DNA of 61,442 bases, counting the filler. It is 3 parts of 3 records of this genome, joined end to end, with 100 filler letters (N's around TTAATTAATTAA, not from the genome) between each part and the next. Parts side by side here need not be neighbours in the genome. Positions count along the whole stretch, not along the records: positions 24,621 to 55,366 come from SRR2962707_5495; 2 more parts are not named here. One strand, given 5' to 3'. The notes below the pieces were generated by a model. It saw only the letters and a list, made by a program, of their open reading frames with translations. It was not told where the DNA came from and did not search any database. Shown here in pieces: positions 40,868 through 50,739 of the stretch. The translations under genes and the position numbers were made by a program. Each line of letters begins with the position of its first letter. Position 1 is the stretch's first letter.

Positions 40868-42229
40868 TCATCGTGGGTCAGAAACAACAAGGGTCAGGGC
40901 TGCGCTGAACCCGCGTGTTTTCCCTTTTTGAGGGGATGATAGCTCTAGGGTGCTGCCAGACTGTTTGCATAGTTCCTGCACGATCGAGAGGCCGAGGCCG
41001 AACCCCTCTGAACGCGTCGCGTTTCGGGAAAACCTTTGTTTGATATTCTCAAGGTCGGCGGCTGCCAGAGGCGCGCAATCGTTGGATATGACAATGCGGC
41101 CACGCGTACTGGCGTCTACCGTCATTGGGGCGTCGCCTGACGCGTGTTTCAGCGCATTATCGAACAGGTTGTTGAGGATGATCCCGATGGCGTCGGGGTC
41201 GACATCGCTGATCCAGATGCCCTGCGGTTCTTTCACGACAAGCTGGTCGGGTGACGGGACGCGCTCGCGAAGTTCGCGAAGCAACAGTTTGATAACGGGC
41301 GTGATGTCTGCCTTTACGGCGGCGACCCCCAAACCCGACTGGGCCCGCGACATTTGCAGCAACCGCTCGATGAGCCGCGTCAATCGCTTGAGGCCCTCTT
41401 CGATCTCGACAGCGCTTTGCGAGGTATCCAGATTGGTCAGCTTGGTCTTTAGTCGCTGAACATGCGCCAGGCAGATGGCGACAGGCGTGCGCAGTTCATG
41501 TGCCGCGTTGGTGGCAAATGCGCGCTCAGCGGTAAGGGTGGCATCAAGGCGCGCCATGAGCATATCGACCGTGTCGATCGCCGGTTCGATTTCGGCAAAG
41601 GTGTTTTTGCGGTCGATAGGCGACAGGTCATAGGCGTCTTTGGTTTTGATCTCGGTGCTGAGATCGGCAATCACCGCGGCGGATCGCCTGACAGCAAGAT
41701 AGGCGGCAATGGCCACGAAAATCCCAAGCAGGATGAAGCCTATCGTAACACTGATCAGCACCTCGCGTAGTGCTTCGTCGCGTTCTGCCATAGGGGTGGC
41801 CGTCACGACCGTTAAACTGGCGTCTGGGTTGATTGCGTCAGCGATGCGGTATCCATGCGCTGTGACGATAGCGCCCTTGACCCGCGCCGATAACAGCGCC
41901 TGATCCGCATCGGGAGAGCGTAAAATAACGTCCTCGGCAGCGTCGAGCACCCAGAACACCGTTAGTTCATCCCCATCGATCAGGTCGAGTTCAAAGGAAA
42001 GTGGGTTCAACCCGTCCTGCATCACCGAAATATCGGCGATTTCGTTCTGTGCCTCCAACAGTTGCAGCATAAGATGCGCCTTGCTGGCCAAAGCGATGTC
42101 TTGCAGCTCGTCGTATTCCTCTTTCACGATGGAATAGACGATGAAGACCCCGAGGAACGCGGCGATGATCCCCGGCAGCAGCAGGGATTTGAAGAGGGTA
42201 TTCAATAGGCTGGTGGGGCGTTTTCTCAT
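40868..42229 (-). CDS. Sensor histidine kinase (QseC/PmrB-like)
   Basis: Two TM segments; ERAFATNAAHELRTP H-box; NLFDNALKH; GFGLGLSIV. Confidence 0.9.
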   Translation of the reverse strand: MRKRPTSLLNTLFKSLLLPGIIAAFLGVFIVYSIVKEEYDELQDIALASKAHLMLQLLEAQNEIADISVMQDGLNPLSFELDLIDGDELTVFWVLDAAEDVILRSPDADQALLSARVKGAIVTAHGYRIADAINPDASLTVVTATPMAERDEALREVLISVTIGFILLGIFVAIAAYLAVRRSAAVIADLSTEIKTKDAYDLSPIDRKNTFAEIEPAIDTVDMLMARLDATLTAERAFATNAAHELRTPVAICLAHVQRLKTKLTNLDTSQSAVEIEEGLKRLTRLIERLLQMSRAQSGLGVAAVKADITPVIKLLLRELRERVPSPDQLVVKEPQGIWISDVDPDAIGIILNNLFDNALKHASGDAPMTVDASTRGRIVISNDCAPLAAADLENIKQRFSRNATRSEGFGLGLSIVQELCKQSGSTLELSSPQKGKTRGFSAALTLVVSDPR

Positions 42230-42882
42230 GCCTGCAGCATATAGCCGATCCCGCGGTGGGTGACGATAAGGTCTTTGCCCAGCTTCGCCCGCAAGCGGCT
42301 GATATGGGCCTCCAAGGCGTTGCTCTCGACCTCGTCACCGTAGGCGTAGACTGCGGCCTCCAGGCTTTCTTTTGGCACGATCTTCGATTTGCGGCGCAGC
42401 AGTACTTCGAGCACGCTCCATTCTTTGGCTGTTAGGCGAATGTCGGCACCCGCGCGGCTGACGCTGTGGTCGGTGAAACAAATGCTTAGGTCACGCACTA
42501 CGGTTGTTTGTGTCATCTGGTCGGCGCTGCGGCGGCAGACAGTGTGAATACGCGCTTTCACTTCGTCCAGATCGAACGGTTTGATCACGTAATCATCCGC
42601 GCCACGGTTCAATCCGTCGATCCGGTCCGATATTTTGTCGCGGGCGGTCAGGATGATGATTGGCGTCCGGATATGCTGGTCGCGGATTTTGCTCAGAAAC
42701 GACAGGCCGTCGCCGTCGGGCAGTTGCAGGTCCAGCAGAACAACATCGTATTCCAATGTGCGAATGGCGCTATGTGCTTCGTCCAGCGTGGTGAACCACT
42801 CAACAATATGGCGATCCGCCTCTAGGTGCTCGCGCAAGGGGCGGGCCAGTGCGGCCTCGTCTTCGATCAGTAAGATGCGCAT
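42226..42882 (-). CDS. OmpR family response regulator (QseB/PmrA-like)
   Basis: MRILLIEDE, LLDLQLPDGDG, GADDYVIKPF and HISRLRAKLG motifs. Confidence 0.92.
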   Translation of the reverse strand: MRILLIEDEAALARPLREHLEADRHIVEWFTTLDEAHSAIRTLEYDVVLLDLQLPDGDGLSFLSKIRDQHIRTPIIILTARDKISDRIDGLNRGADDYVIKPFDLDEVKARIHTVCRRSADQMTQTTVVRDLSICFTDHSVSRAGADIRLTAKEWSVLEVLLRRKSKIVPKESLEAAVYAYGDEVESNALEAHISRLRAKLGKDLIVTHRGIGYMLQA

Positions 42883-42985
42883 GGCGGTGGGGGCCTTTTG
42901 GTGTGCTTGGGGTGCAATATATAAGAAAGGGGAAAAGGCGCCAGATAAACGCAGTTTGCGTTGGCCCGCGTCGGTCAAATCTGGC

Positions 42986-43387
42986 TTATCCGTTGGTTAG
43001 CGCGCGAAGGATCACGCTACCGATAAACACCCCATTCGCGCCCAACAGGCACATCGTGGCCAGCGATCCGAGGTCTTTTGCGTCGCGGGCAAATTCTTGC
43101 CAATTTGGTGCGAGGTGGTCGACGATGCATTCGACAGCCGTGTTCAACGCTTCGGTCGCGACCAGCGCAAAGAACAAGACCAGCATGGTGCAATAGTCGT
43201 TTAGGCGGGCGTCAGCCAAGGCGAGAACCACACCGCAGATCGGCAGGGCAAGGGTGATGTGGCGAAACGCCGTTTCCTGCCACAGGCGACGGATGCCCCC
43301 GATGGAATACCCCGCCGCAGCAAAAACATGGGCGATGCCGGTGATCCGTTCGGGCTTGGCGCGGGGCGTGTAGGACGGGTTACTCAA
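42986..43387 (-). CDS. dgkA: Diacylglycerol kinase
   Basis: YSIGG..LWQETAFR, EALNTAVECIVD and AKDLGS motifs. Confidence 0.92.
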   Translation of the reverse strand: MSNPSYTPRAKPERITGIAHVFAAAGYSIGGIRRLWQETAFRHITLALPICGVVLALADARLNDYCTMLVLFFALVATEALNTAVECIVDHLAPNWQEFARDAKDLGSLATMCLLGANGVFIGSVILRALTNG

Positions 43388-45048
43388 TTGTGTACTACCT
43401 TTTGCAGATTACGGCACGACGCGAACAGATCAAGGTCGCTATTGCGAACATCGGTCTGGATATCCAGCATGCCGAGCAGGGAATGGAATAGGTTGTCATG
43501 GGACAACGGGCTGTCGGTCTTTGCCGACAGGCACCCCCTGTCCACGTCAAACTGGGTTTTAAAGTTTTGCGACATCCACAGGATCATCGGGACTTTGGTC
43601 TGATATTCGGGGGCCATGAAATAGGGGGATCCGTGCAGGTAAAGCCCCCCCTCGCCCAAGGATTCACCATGGTCCGAGACGTAGAGCAGCGCCGTGGAAA
43701 GCTGATCCTGCCCCTCTAGGAATTCAATCGTTTGGGCCAGAATTTCATCTGTATAGGCGATGGTATTGTCATAGGCGTTTGTAATTTCGGCAGGCGTACA
43801 CAGCTTGAACTCTGCCGTGCGGCACGCTGGTTTGAATTTCTCGAACTCTTCGGGATAGCGCAGATAATACGTCGGGCCATGGCTACCGATCTGGTGCAGC
43901 ACCAGCACGGTGTCTTGGGTGACTGTGGCCGCATATTCCTTCAACGCCTCGATAAAGATACCGTCCATGCATTCACCTGCCGCGCAGAACTCTGCGTTTT
44001 CGGTATGGGTCAGCGACCGGCTGGTCACGCGATCCGCGATCCCCTTGTTGCCGGTGTTATTGTCCCACCATTCGACATGCAGGCCCGCGTGATCCAACAC
44101 ATCCAGAACGCTTTGATTTGATATACCTTTTTGAAACGAATATTCGTCGCGATTGAATTGCGAGAACATGCACGGCAGCGAAGTCGCCGTTGCAGTTCCA
44201 CAAGAGGTCACGTTGGTAAAGCTGACCACCGGAAGCTTGGCCAGCCTTGGGTTCGTCTCAACGCCGTAGCCGTTCAAGCTAAAGTTCTGCGCACGCGCCG
44301 TCTCTCCTGCTACGACAATGGTCAGTACCGGTTTGCGGTCAGGGCCATAGGCTGGCCCTTTGGTGGCATCCTCGCCGACGGCAGCAACGGTGACGTTTGC
44401 AGAACGGCGCATCATCTTGGCGTATCGGATCGCCGAGACGACAGGCATGCCGGGTTGAAAGCTGCTCATGTAATCTTTGCGTTCGCGCAGGATAGAAGAA
44501 TAGGATTTGTAATCCGTCATAAGCAGCCCTGCCGCCAACGCGAGACTTAGACTCATGGTCGCGACCGGCATTGCCAGAGTTTTAACGATGCTGGGCCGCC
44601 CGACCTTTACGCATGCGATAAACGCCGCGGGAAACACGCCGAACAGAACGACATGCGTGACGAAACCGGCAGTCAAAAGATGCTTTGATTCAGTCACAGT
44701 GGTAACCATGACGTTCTGGATCATGTCACGGTCGATGATCACGCCAAGTGTGTCCATGTAATACGACGTAACGGCGCTGAGAATGACCATGAAGATCAGG
44801 AATGGCTTGATCATCCACGGAAACCCAAAGGCCGAAAAGAACGCCAGCGTCAGAAAGAATACGGCGGATACAAATCCGGCAAAAGACAGCGGATGACCGG
44901 CAAATACCTCGGTGCCAATCGTCCAGAACGACGCATTGGCCACGCAGAATATATATATAATGCTAAGGACGGTCAGGCCGATCGGCGAGATGGGGTAAGC
45001 ATTCCGCAGGTCGCGAAAGCGTGTTTTTAAGGCGTCAAAAGGGATCAT
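43384..45048 (-). CDS. eptA: Lipid A phosphoethanolamine transferase (EptA / MCR superfamily)
   Basis: Five TM segments; GETARA, CGTATATSLPCMFS (catalytic Thr), HQIGSHGP, SDHGESLGE, YLHG. Start 45048 ATG; 45084 GTG is possible. Confidence 0.9.
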   Translation of the reverse strand: MIPFDALKTRFRDLRNAYPISPIGLTVLSIIYIFCVANASFWTIGTEVFAGHPLSFAGFVSAVFFLTLAFFSAFGFPWMIKPFLIFMVILSAVTSYYMDTLGVIIDRDMIQNVMVTTVTESKHLLTAGFVTHVVLFGVFPAAFIACVKVGRPSIVKTLAMPVATMSLSLALAAGLLMTDYKSYSSILRERKDYMSSFQPGMPVVSAIRYAKMMRRSANVTVAAVGEDATKGPAYGPDRKPVLTIVVAGETARAQNFSLNGYGVETNPRLAKLPVVSFTNVTSCGTATATSLPCMFSQFNRDEYSFQKGISNQSVLDVLDHAGLHVEWWDNNTGNKGIADRVTSRSLTHTENAEFCAAGECMDGIFIEALKEYAATVTQDTVLVLHQIGSHGPTYYLRYPEEFEKFKPACRTAEFKLCTPAEITNAYDNTIAYTDEILAQTIEFLEGQDQLSTALLYVSDHGESLGEGGLYLHGSPYFMAPEYQTKVPMILWMSQNFKTQFDVDRGCLSAKTDSPLSHDNLFHSLLGMLDIQTDVRNSDLDLFASCRNLQKVVHN

Positions 45049-45090
45049 TACTGGAATCTTCGCTGCTGTTTCAGCGCCATTCACCAGAGC

Positions 45091-45110
45091 AACCTTACGC
45101 GAACCTTACG
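45091..45110 (-). promoter_or_regulatory. OmpR-family direct-repeat binding site upstream of eptA
   Basis: AACCTTACG repeated exactly at 45091 and 45102 (11-bp period); reads CGTAAGGTT on the coding strand. Confidence 0.6.
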
Positions 45111-45429
45111 TGCAGAATAATGTGCGGGGCAGCGCGTGAACCACACGCAAAATGCAGTTACACCATATCGGGACGTTCAATTTCTGACGTTCTTTCAAGC
45201 TTTGCCGAAAAGCCTTGCTAACCCATATGTGACCCAGCATACGGCACAGCCGCAGCCCCCAGATAACTTTTTGTCGTATGATAATATGAGAATATTAAAA
45301 ATTTCCCTTTAGGCAACCGTAACGAGAGGCTATGAGGTTTCGGGGCAACTATAGCGAGCAGGCAAAGACTGAACGGGAATTCGGTCTTTAAGCGCGCGTT
45401 TTTAACTAACGTAGCTATCGGGTAATAAA

Positions 45430-47496
45430 GTGAATTTGAATTTCTCTAAACAGACAAGAATCGGTGGTATATGGGCCATAGTTGCCCTCGCCGCCGCGAC
45501 TCTATTGATCCTGGTCACGGCATATCGCTTGGACCGGCTGTTGTATTCATCCTACATCCAACAAGTGCGTTCAGACACATACTTTGAATTACTCGAAGTC
45601 CGGGAGAGCTTTGAGGAAATCATTCATTCTCAATCACTTGTCTTGCGTGAACTGGCCACCTTGATTGGTGAGAACCCGAATATTACCCAAGATGAATTCG
45701 CCACAAGGGTACAGGAAATTCGCGGTTTAGATGATTCAATGATCAGTATCGCGGCAGCCCCAGATATGGTCATCTCATTAATCTACCCAGCCGAGGAAAA
45801 TCAGGGCGCTTTGGGATTAAATTACCGTGAGAATACTGAGCAGTTTCCGACTGTATTGAGAATGATGCAAACGGGAAACGATATGATTACGGGGCCGGTC
45901 AACTTGGTTCAGGGGGGATTGGGGCTTATCCTGCGCGCACCAGTCTATCATCCTGACGCTGATAGCCCCACCGAAGGAGATATCGTTGCTTCAGAGCGCG
46001 CGATTTGGGGAATCGTTTCACTGGTTCTGGATTACGATCAATTTTTAGTTGAATCCGGTATCGCAGATGCCGAAGAGAATTACGACTTACTTGTTGATAT
46101 TGCTGATAGTTCAGGCGGTGGCAGAGGTTCTTTCGTTTATGGTGACCTGTCGTTGGTGGGCAAGGACACCGTAAACCTAAGGTTTGACTTCGATTTCGAG
46201 GATTGGGTTCTACACGCTATGACAAAAGGCGGGTGGCCGAAAACGTCACCTGATCAATGGCTTCAGAGAATTGTCATGGTGTTGGCCGGCTTGGTATTGC
46301 TGGGTACGTTGATTTACATCCTATGGCTGTCTCATACGCGCAAGCGTGCCGAACTCTTGCTGAATAGGGGAATTGAGGCGTTGGATGACGGCTTCGTAAT
46401 GTTTGACGAAAATGGCCTCCTGCTCCTTAGCAACTCAAAATACCGTGCGATCTATGACCTTCCCGAAGAGGTGCTGAGGCCGGGTACACCTTACCGGAAA
46501 ATATTGTTGGCCGGTCTTGAGAGCCGCAAGTTTAATACGGATAACCTTGATCAGTCTGCATGGATCGAACACAGACTTAAGTTGCATCGCTCGGGTAAGC
46601 ACGTTGATATAGAACAGCGCCTTGTTGACGGGCGCGTTATCAAAGTGTCGAACCATCCTTTGGAGGATGGCGGCTATGTCGGTCTGCGCGTTGATGTGAC
46701 TGAACTAAGCCGCGCAAAAGAGGCTGCCGAAGCCGCAAGCGAAGCCAAGACTAATTTCATGGGTGTACTCAGCCACGAGCTTAGAACTCCATTGACGGTT
46801 ATAATGGGTGTTGCGCAACTCTTACAAAATGTCCGGCTGCTCAGTAAGTCAAAGGCATTGCTGGCAGCCTACGAGAATGGCACCGTTACGCCGGATGAGG
46901 CCAAAACTTTACTCGACGAGCTGTACGAGCAACTTAACGGCTTAATGGGGCGGATGACCCAATCAGGTGACCATCTTCTACATCTTATCAACGAGATACT
47001 GGATATTACCAAGATTGAATCCGGAAGCCTGATCATCGAGCCGACCCTCTGCCAGGTCGAAGACATCGTGGATCCTGTCGTCCAGCAGCTCAACACGCTC
47101 ACGAGCAAAAAGGGTCTCGATTTCGAGGTTATACAAGAGGCCGAAACGGTATTCGCCGATAAGGTTAGAGCACGCCAGATTCTGTTCAACCTGATTGGAA
47201 ATGCGATCAAGTTTACCGATGCTGGTTTTGTCCGCCTCGTTGTCAAAGTGGACGCTGATATGGTGAGATTTGAAGTGCACGATAGTGGGATGGGTATATC
47301 CGAGGACCAGTTCGCCAGTATTTTTGACGTCTTCTATCAGGTTGATTCAACTGCGACGCGGCGTGCAGGCGGCACCGGCATGGGTCTGGCCATCTCAAAA
47401 AGCCTGGCTGAGCTGCAACACGGCGGCCTTGCTGTCACCAGTGTGATGGGATCGGGTAGCTGTTTTGTGCTATCCCTGCCCGTCAACGCCATCTAG
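45430..47496 (+). CDS. CHASE-PAS sensor histidine kinase (orphan)
   Basis: TM, CHASE-like (GPVNLVQGGLGLILRAPV), TM, PAS (EALDDGFVMFD), SHELRTPL, NLIGNAIKFT, GGTGMGL. Confidence 0.85.
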   Translation: MNLNFSKQTRIGGIWAIVALAAATLLILVTAYRLDRLLYSSYIQQVRSDTYFELLEVRESFEEIIHSQSLVLRELATLIGENPNITQDEFATRVQEIRGLDDSMISIAAAPDMVISLIYPAEENQGALGLNYRENTEQFPTVLRMMQTGNDMITGPVNLVQGGLGLILRAPVYHPDADSPTEGDIVASERAIWGIVSLVLDYDQFLVESGIADAEENYDLLVDIADSSGGGRGSFVYGDLSLVGKDTVNLRFDFDFEDWVLHAMTKGGWPKTSPDQWLQRIVMVLAGLVLLGTLIYILWLSHTRKRAELLLNRGIEALDDGFVMFDENGLLLLSNSKYRAIYDLPEEVLRPGTPYRKILLAGLESRKFNTDNLDQSAWIEHRLKLHRSGKHVDIEQRLVDGRVIKVSNHPLEDGGYVGLRVDVTELSRAKEAAEAASEAKTNFMGVLSHELRTPLTVIMGVAQLLQNVRLLSKSKALLAAYENGTVTPDEAKTLLDELYEQLNGLMGRMTQSGDHLLHLINEILDITKIESGSLIIEPTLCQVEDIVDPVVQQLNTLTSKKGLDFEVIQEAETVFADKVRARQILFNLIGNAIKFTDAGFVRLVVKVDADMVRFEVHDSGMGISEDQFASIFDVFYQVDSTATRRAGGTGMGLAISKSLAELQHGGLAVTSVMGSGSCFVLSLPVNAI

Positions 47497-47850
47497 GATT
47501 TTGTTGCGTTAATGTGGGTCAGGTAACCGCGCACAGGGCCGAGCATGGCGACCACCGCGCCAGCGTATACAAAGCCTGATTTGAGATCGGATATGCCACC
47601 AGTTCGAAGAGAATCCCCTGCTGTTCGCGTGTGACAGGGTGAGGCTCCGCCGAGGCGGCGTCATAGAACAACATCGCGCAATGGGCGGTATCAAATCGAA
47701 CCCTCGTTCTGATCGTTCCCTTCAACCCTCCTCATACAGAATATAGTTCTGTAAAGGACAACAATCCGATCACAGCGGACTTGTCGTAATCAGTTCTATT
47801 GAAGGCGGCTGTGGGTACACTATTTGCTCTGTGAACAAACGGAGCAGATT

Positions 47851-48603
47851 ATGAAAAACGTACTTTCAGCGGCCACACTCGCCCTCACGGCATCATTCGG
47901 TTCGGCGCAGGCCGAAACGTTGAATGTCGGGATGTCTGGTGGCTATTTCCCATTTACTTTCGTCAAGCTGGACCAGTTGCAGGGCTTTGAGGTTGATTTC
48001 ATCAATGCTATTGCCGCCGAGACAGGCGATGAGGTGAATTTTGTCACCATGTCATTCTCGGGTCTCGTTGGGGCGCTCGAAGCTGGACGCATTGATACGA
48101 TTGCCAATCAGATCACGATCACGCCCGAGCGCGAGGCGAAATTTGCGTTCACGCAGCCCTATGTATTTGATGGCGCGCAGATCGTGGTGAAAGCGGGCAA
48201 CGAAACAACAATCGGCAGCGTTGAGGACTTGAGCGGCAAAACCGTTGCCGTGAACCTCGGATCGAACTTCGAAGAGCTGCTTGGCGCGTTGCCAAACGCG
48301 GACAAGATCGACATTCGCACCTATGAAAGCAACATCGCACAGGACACGGCATTGGGGCGCGTCGATGCGTTTGTGATGGACCGTGTGTCATCCGCGCAAT
48401 TGATCGCGGAAAGCCCGCTGCCTTTGGCATTGGCAGGCAAGCCGTTCAGCGAAATTCGCAATGCGTTGCCGTTTCGCAATGACGCAGAGGGCCAAGCGCT
48501 GCGGGACAAGTTTGATACCGCCATTGTGACACTACGCGAGAACGGCACATTGGCCGACATCTCGGAAAAGTGGTTTGGAACTGACATTACAGTAGCGGAG
48601 TAA
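47851..48603 (+). CDS. Polar amino acid ABC transporter substrate-binding protein (cystine-type family)
   Basis: GMSGGYFPF, IANQITITPERE motifs; ATG after GGAG. Confidence 0.88.
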   Translation: MKNVLSAATLALTASFGSAQAETLNVGMSGGYFPFTFVKLDQLQGFEVDFINAIAAETGDEVNFVTMSFSGLVGALEAGRIDTIANQITITPEREAKFAFTQPYVFDGAQIVVKAGNETTIGSVEDLSGKTVAVNLGSNFEELLGALPNADKIDIRTYESNIAQDTALGRVDAFVMDRVSSAQLIAESPLPLALAGKPFSEIRNALPFRNDAEGQALRDKFDTAIVTLRENGTLADISEKWFGTDITVAE

Positions 48604-48608
48604 CGCTG

Positions 48609-49283
48609 ATGCGGGCACTGGATTTTGAATACATGCTGGATCTGGTGCCCGTGCTCTTGGGCTATGTGCCACTGACATTGTTCATGGCCATCATCGGCAT
48701 GTTCTTTGCACTTATCCTGGCATCTATCCTCGCGGTCGAACGGGTATTCAAGTTCCCTGTGCTGGACGGCTTTGTACGTCTGTTTATCAGCTTTTTCCGC
48801 GGCACGCCTCTCTTGGTGCAGTTGTTTCTGTTCTACTATGGTGTGCCGCAAGTATTGTCATTTTTGACGAACATTGACGGTGTGACCGCCACGATCATGG
48901 GGCTGACACTGCATTTTTCCGCCTATATGGCCGAAAGCATCCGCGCCGCGATTCTTGGTGTAGACCGTAGCCAATGGGAAGCCGCACAAGCGGTCGGCAT
49001 GACGCAGGGCCAGATGATGTATCACATCATTCTGCCCCAAGCGGCCCGCGTTGCAGCGCCGACGCTCGTGAACTATTTCATCGACATGATCAAAGGCACG
49101 TCGTTGGCCTTTACCCTCGGCGTGACCGAATTGATGGGGGCCACCCAAAAAGAAGCCGCAGGCAGCTTTCTGTATTTCGAAGCATTCCTAGTGGTCGCGG
49201 CAATCTACTGGATCATGGTCGAGGCACTGGCATTTTTGCAGCGCCACCTAGAGGTCTATTTGAACAAGGCGCACGCAAGATGA
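48609..49283 (+). CDS. Polar amino acid ABC transporter permease
   Basis: FRGTPLLVQLF and SAYMAESIR..QWEAA motifs. Confidence 0.92.
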   Translation: MRALDFEYMLDLVPVLLGYVPLTLFMAIIGMFFALILASILAVERVFKFPVLDGFVRLFISFFRGTPLLVQLFLFYYGVPQVLSFLTNIDGVTATIMGLTLHFSAYMAESIRAAILGVDRSQWEAAQAVGMTQGQMMYHIILPQAARVAAPTLVNYFIDMIKGTSLAFTLGVTELMGATQKEAAGSFLYFEAFLVVAAIYWIMVEALAFLQRHLEVYLNKAHAR

Positions 49284-50026
49284 CCAAACCAGCCGCTATT
49301 TCTATCAAAGGTCTCAGCAAATCTTTTGGTGCGACCCGCGTTCTCGAGGATATCAACCTAGACATCGCACCGGGTGAACGGGTCGTTGTGATCGGCCCGT
49401 CTGGCACCGGCAAATCGACGTTGCTGCGGTGCTTGAACTATCTTGATCATCCTGACAGCGGGAGCATTCGCATCGGGGATTTAAGCGTTGACGCTGACAC
49501 GGCGTCGCGCGCGGATATTCTAGCGCTTCGGCGGAAAACGTCGTTCGTTTTTCAAAACTACGCGTTGTTTGCCAATAAAACAGCACGTGAAAACATCACC
49601 CAAGCGCTGATCACCGTCAAAGGCCAGTCCAAGGCCGATGCAATCGCGCGTGCCGACGCAACCCTGCGCGAGACCGGATTGGCGGACAAGGCGGATGCCT
49701 ATCCGGCGGCGCTGTCTGGGGGGCAGCAGCAACGTGTGGGGATCGGGCGCGCGATGGCGTTGGATGCCGATCTGATGTTGTTTGACGAACCGACCTCGGC
49801 CCTTGATCCGGAATGGGTGGGCGAGGTTCTTGATCTTATGCGGCGGGTGGCCGAGAAACGGCAAACCATGTTGATTGTCACCCATGAAATCCAATTCGCC
49901 CGCGAGATCGCAGACCGGATTATCTTTATGGATGGTGGTAAAATCGTCGAACAAGGGCGACCAAAACAACTTCTTGAAGCCCCGCAAGACGCCCGCACCA
50001 AAGCATTCTTGCGCCGCGTTTCCTAA
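49280..50026 (+). CDS. Polar amino acid ABC transporter ATP-binding protein
   Basis: GPSGTGKST, LSGGQQQRV, FDEPTSALDPE; ATGA overlap with the permease stop. Confidence 0.93.
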   Translation: MTKPAAISIKGLSKSFGATRVLEDINLDIAPGERVVVIGPSGTGKSTLLRCLNYLDHPDSGSIRIGDLSVDADTASRADILALRRKTSFVFQNYALFANKTARENITQALITVKGQSKADAIARADATLRETGLADKADAYPAALSGGQQQRVGIGRAMALDADLMLFDEPTSALDPEWVGEVLDLMRRVAEKRQTMLIVTHEIQFAREIADRIIFMDGGKIVEQGRPKQLLEAPQDARTKAFLRRVS

Positions 50027-50037
50027 GCCTTGGCGGA

Positions 50038-50739
50038 TTAGACTGACAGGTATTGATCGCGGATCTCGGGATGGGCCTGAAGCTCTGACAGGCTGCCCAC
50101 AAATTTCTGTGTGCCATGTTCGATAATGACCACCCCATCTGCCACGGCTTGGGCAAAATGCAGGTTTTGTTCGGATAACAGCACAGTCAGGCCTTCGCTT
50201 TTCAGCTGAAGAATAACGCGGGCCATTTGTTCGACGATCACGGGCGCGATCCCTTCCGAGGGTTCATCAAGCAGAATAAACGCAGGGTTTCCCATCAAGG
50301 TGCGCGCAATCGTCAGCATTTGCTGTTCGCCGCCCGACAGTGCTTTGCCGCGGTTATTGCGCCGCTCGGCAAGGTTGGGGAACAGATCAAACACCATGTC
50401 GTCGGTCCATGTGGTGCAGCCGTCGCGCGGAGGTTGGCGACCCACCTCGAGGTTTTCCAGCACGGTCAGCTGGGTAAAGATGCGCCGTTCTTCGGGGACA
50501 TAACCCAATCCATTGCGCGCGACCTTGTGGCTGGGCCAGCCGGTAATGTTTTGACCCTTGTAGGTGACTGTCCCGCTGCGGGGTCGCACCAGCTGCATGA
50601 TCGATTTCATGGTGGTGGTTTTACCCGCCCCGTTGCGCCCCAACAGCGCGACAACAGTACCGGCATCCACGCTAAAGTTCAGATCATTCAGAACATGCGC
50701 CTTGCCGTAGAATGAATTGACGTCTTTTACCTCAAGCAT
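50038..50739 (-). CDS. LIV-type ABC ATP-binding protein (LivF-like)
   Basis: GRNGAGKTT, LSGGEQQML, LDEPSEG. Confidence 0.92.
   Translation of the reverse strand: MLEVKDVNSFYGKAHVLNDLNFSVDAGTVVALLGRNGAGKTTTMKSIMQLVRPRSGTVTYKGQNITGWPSHKVARNGLGYVPEERRIFTQLTVLENLEVGRQPPRDGCTTWTDDMVFDLFPNLAERRNNRGKALSGGEQQMLTIARTLMGNPAFILLDEPSEGIAPVIVEQMARVILQLKSEGLTVLLSEQNLHFAQAVADGVVIIEHGTQKFVGSLSELQAHPEIRDQYLSV

Noticed and set aside
43384-45048. Calling this gene a mobile mcr allele
   Set aside because: No IS, transposase or plasmid features, and identity to MCR proteins cannot be computed here; kept as EptA family.
47509-47725. Small ORFs or possible gene remnant between the kinase and the ABC operon
   Set aside because: No frame gives a recognisable protein; cannot support a CDS or pseudogene call.
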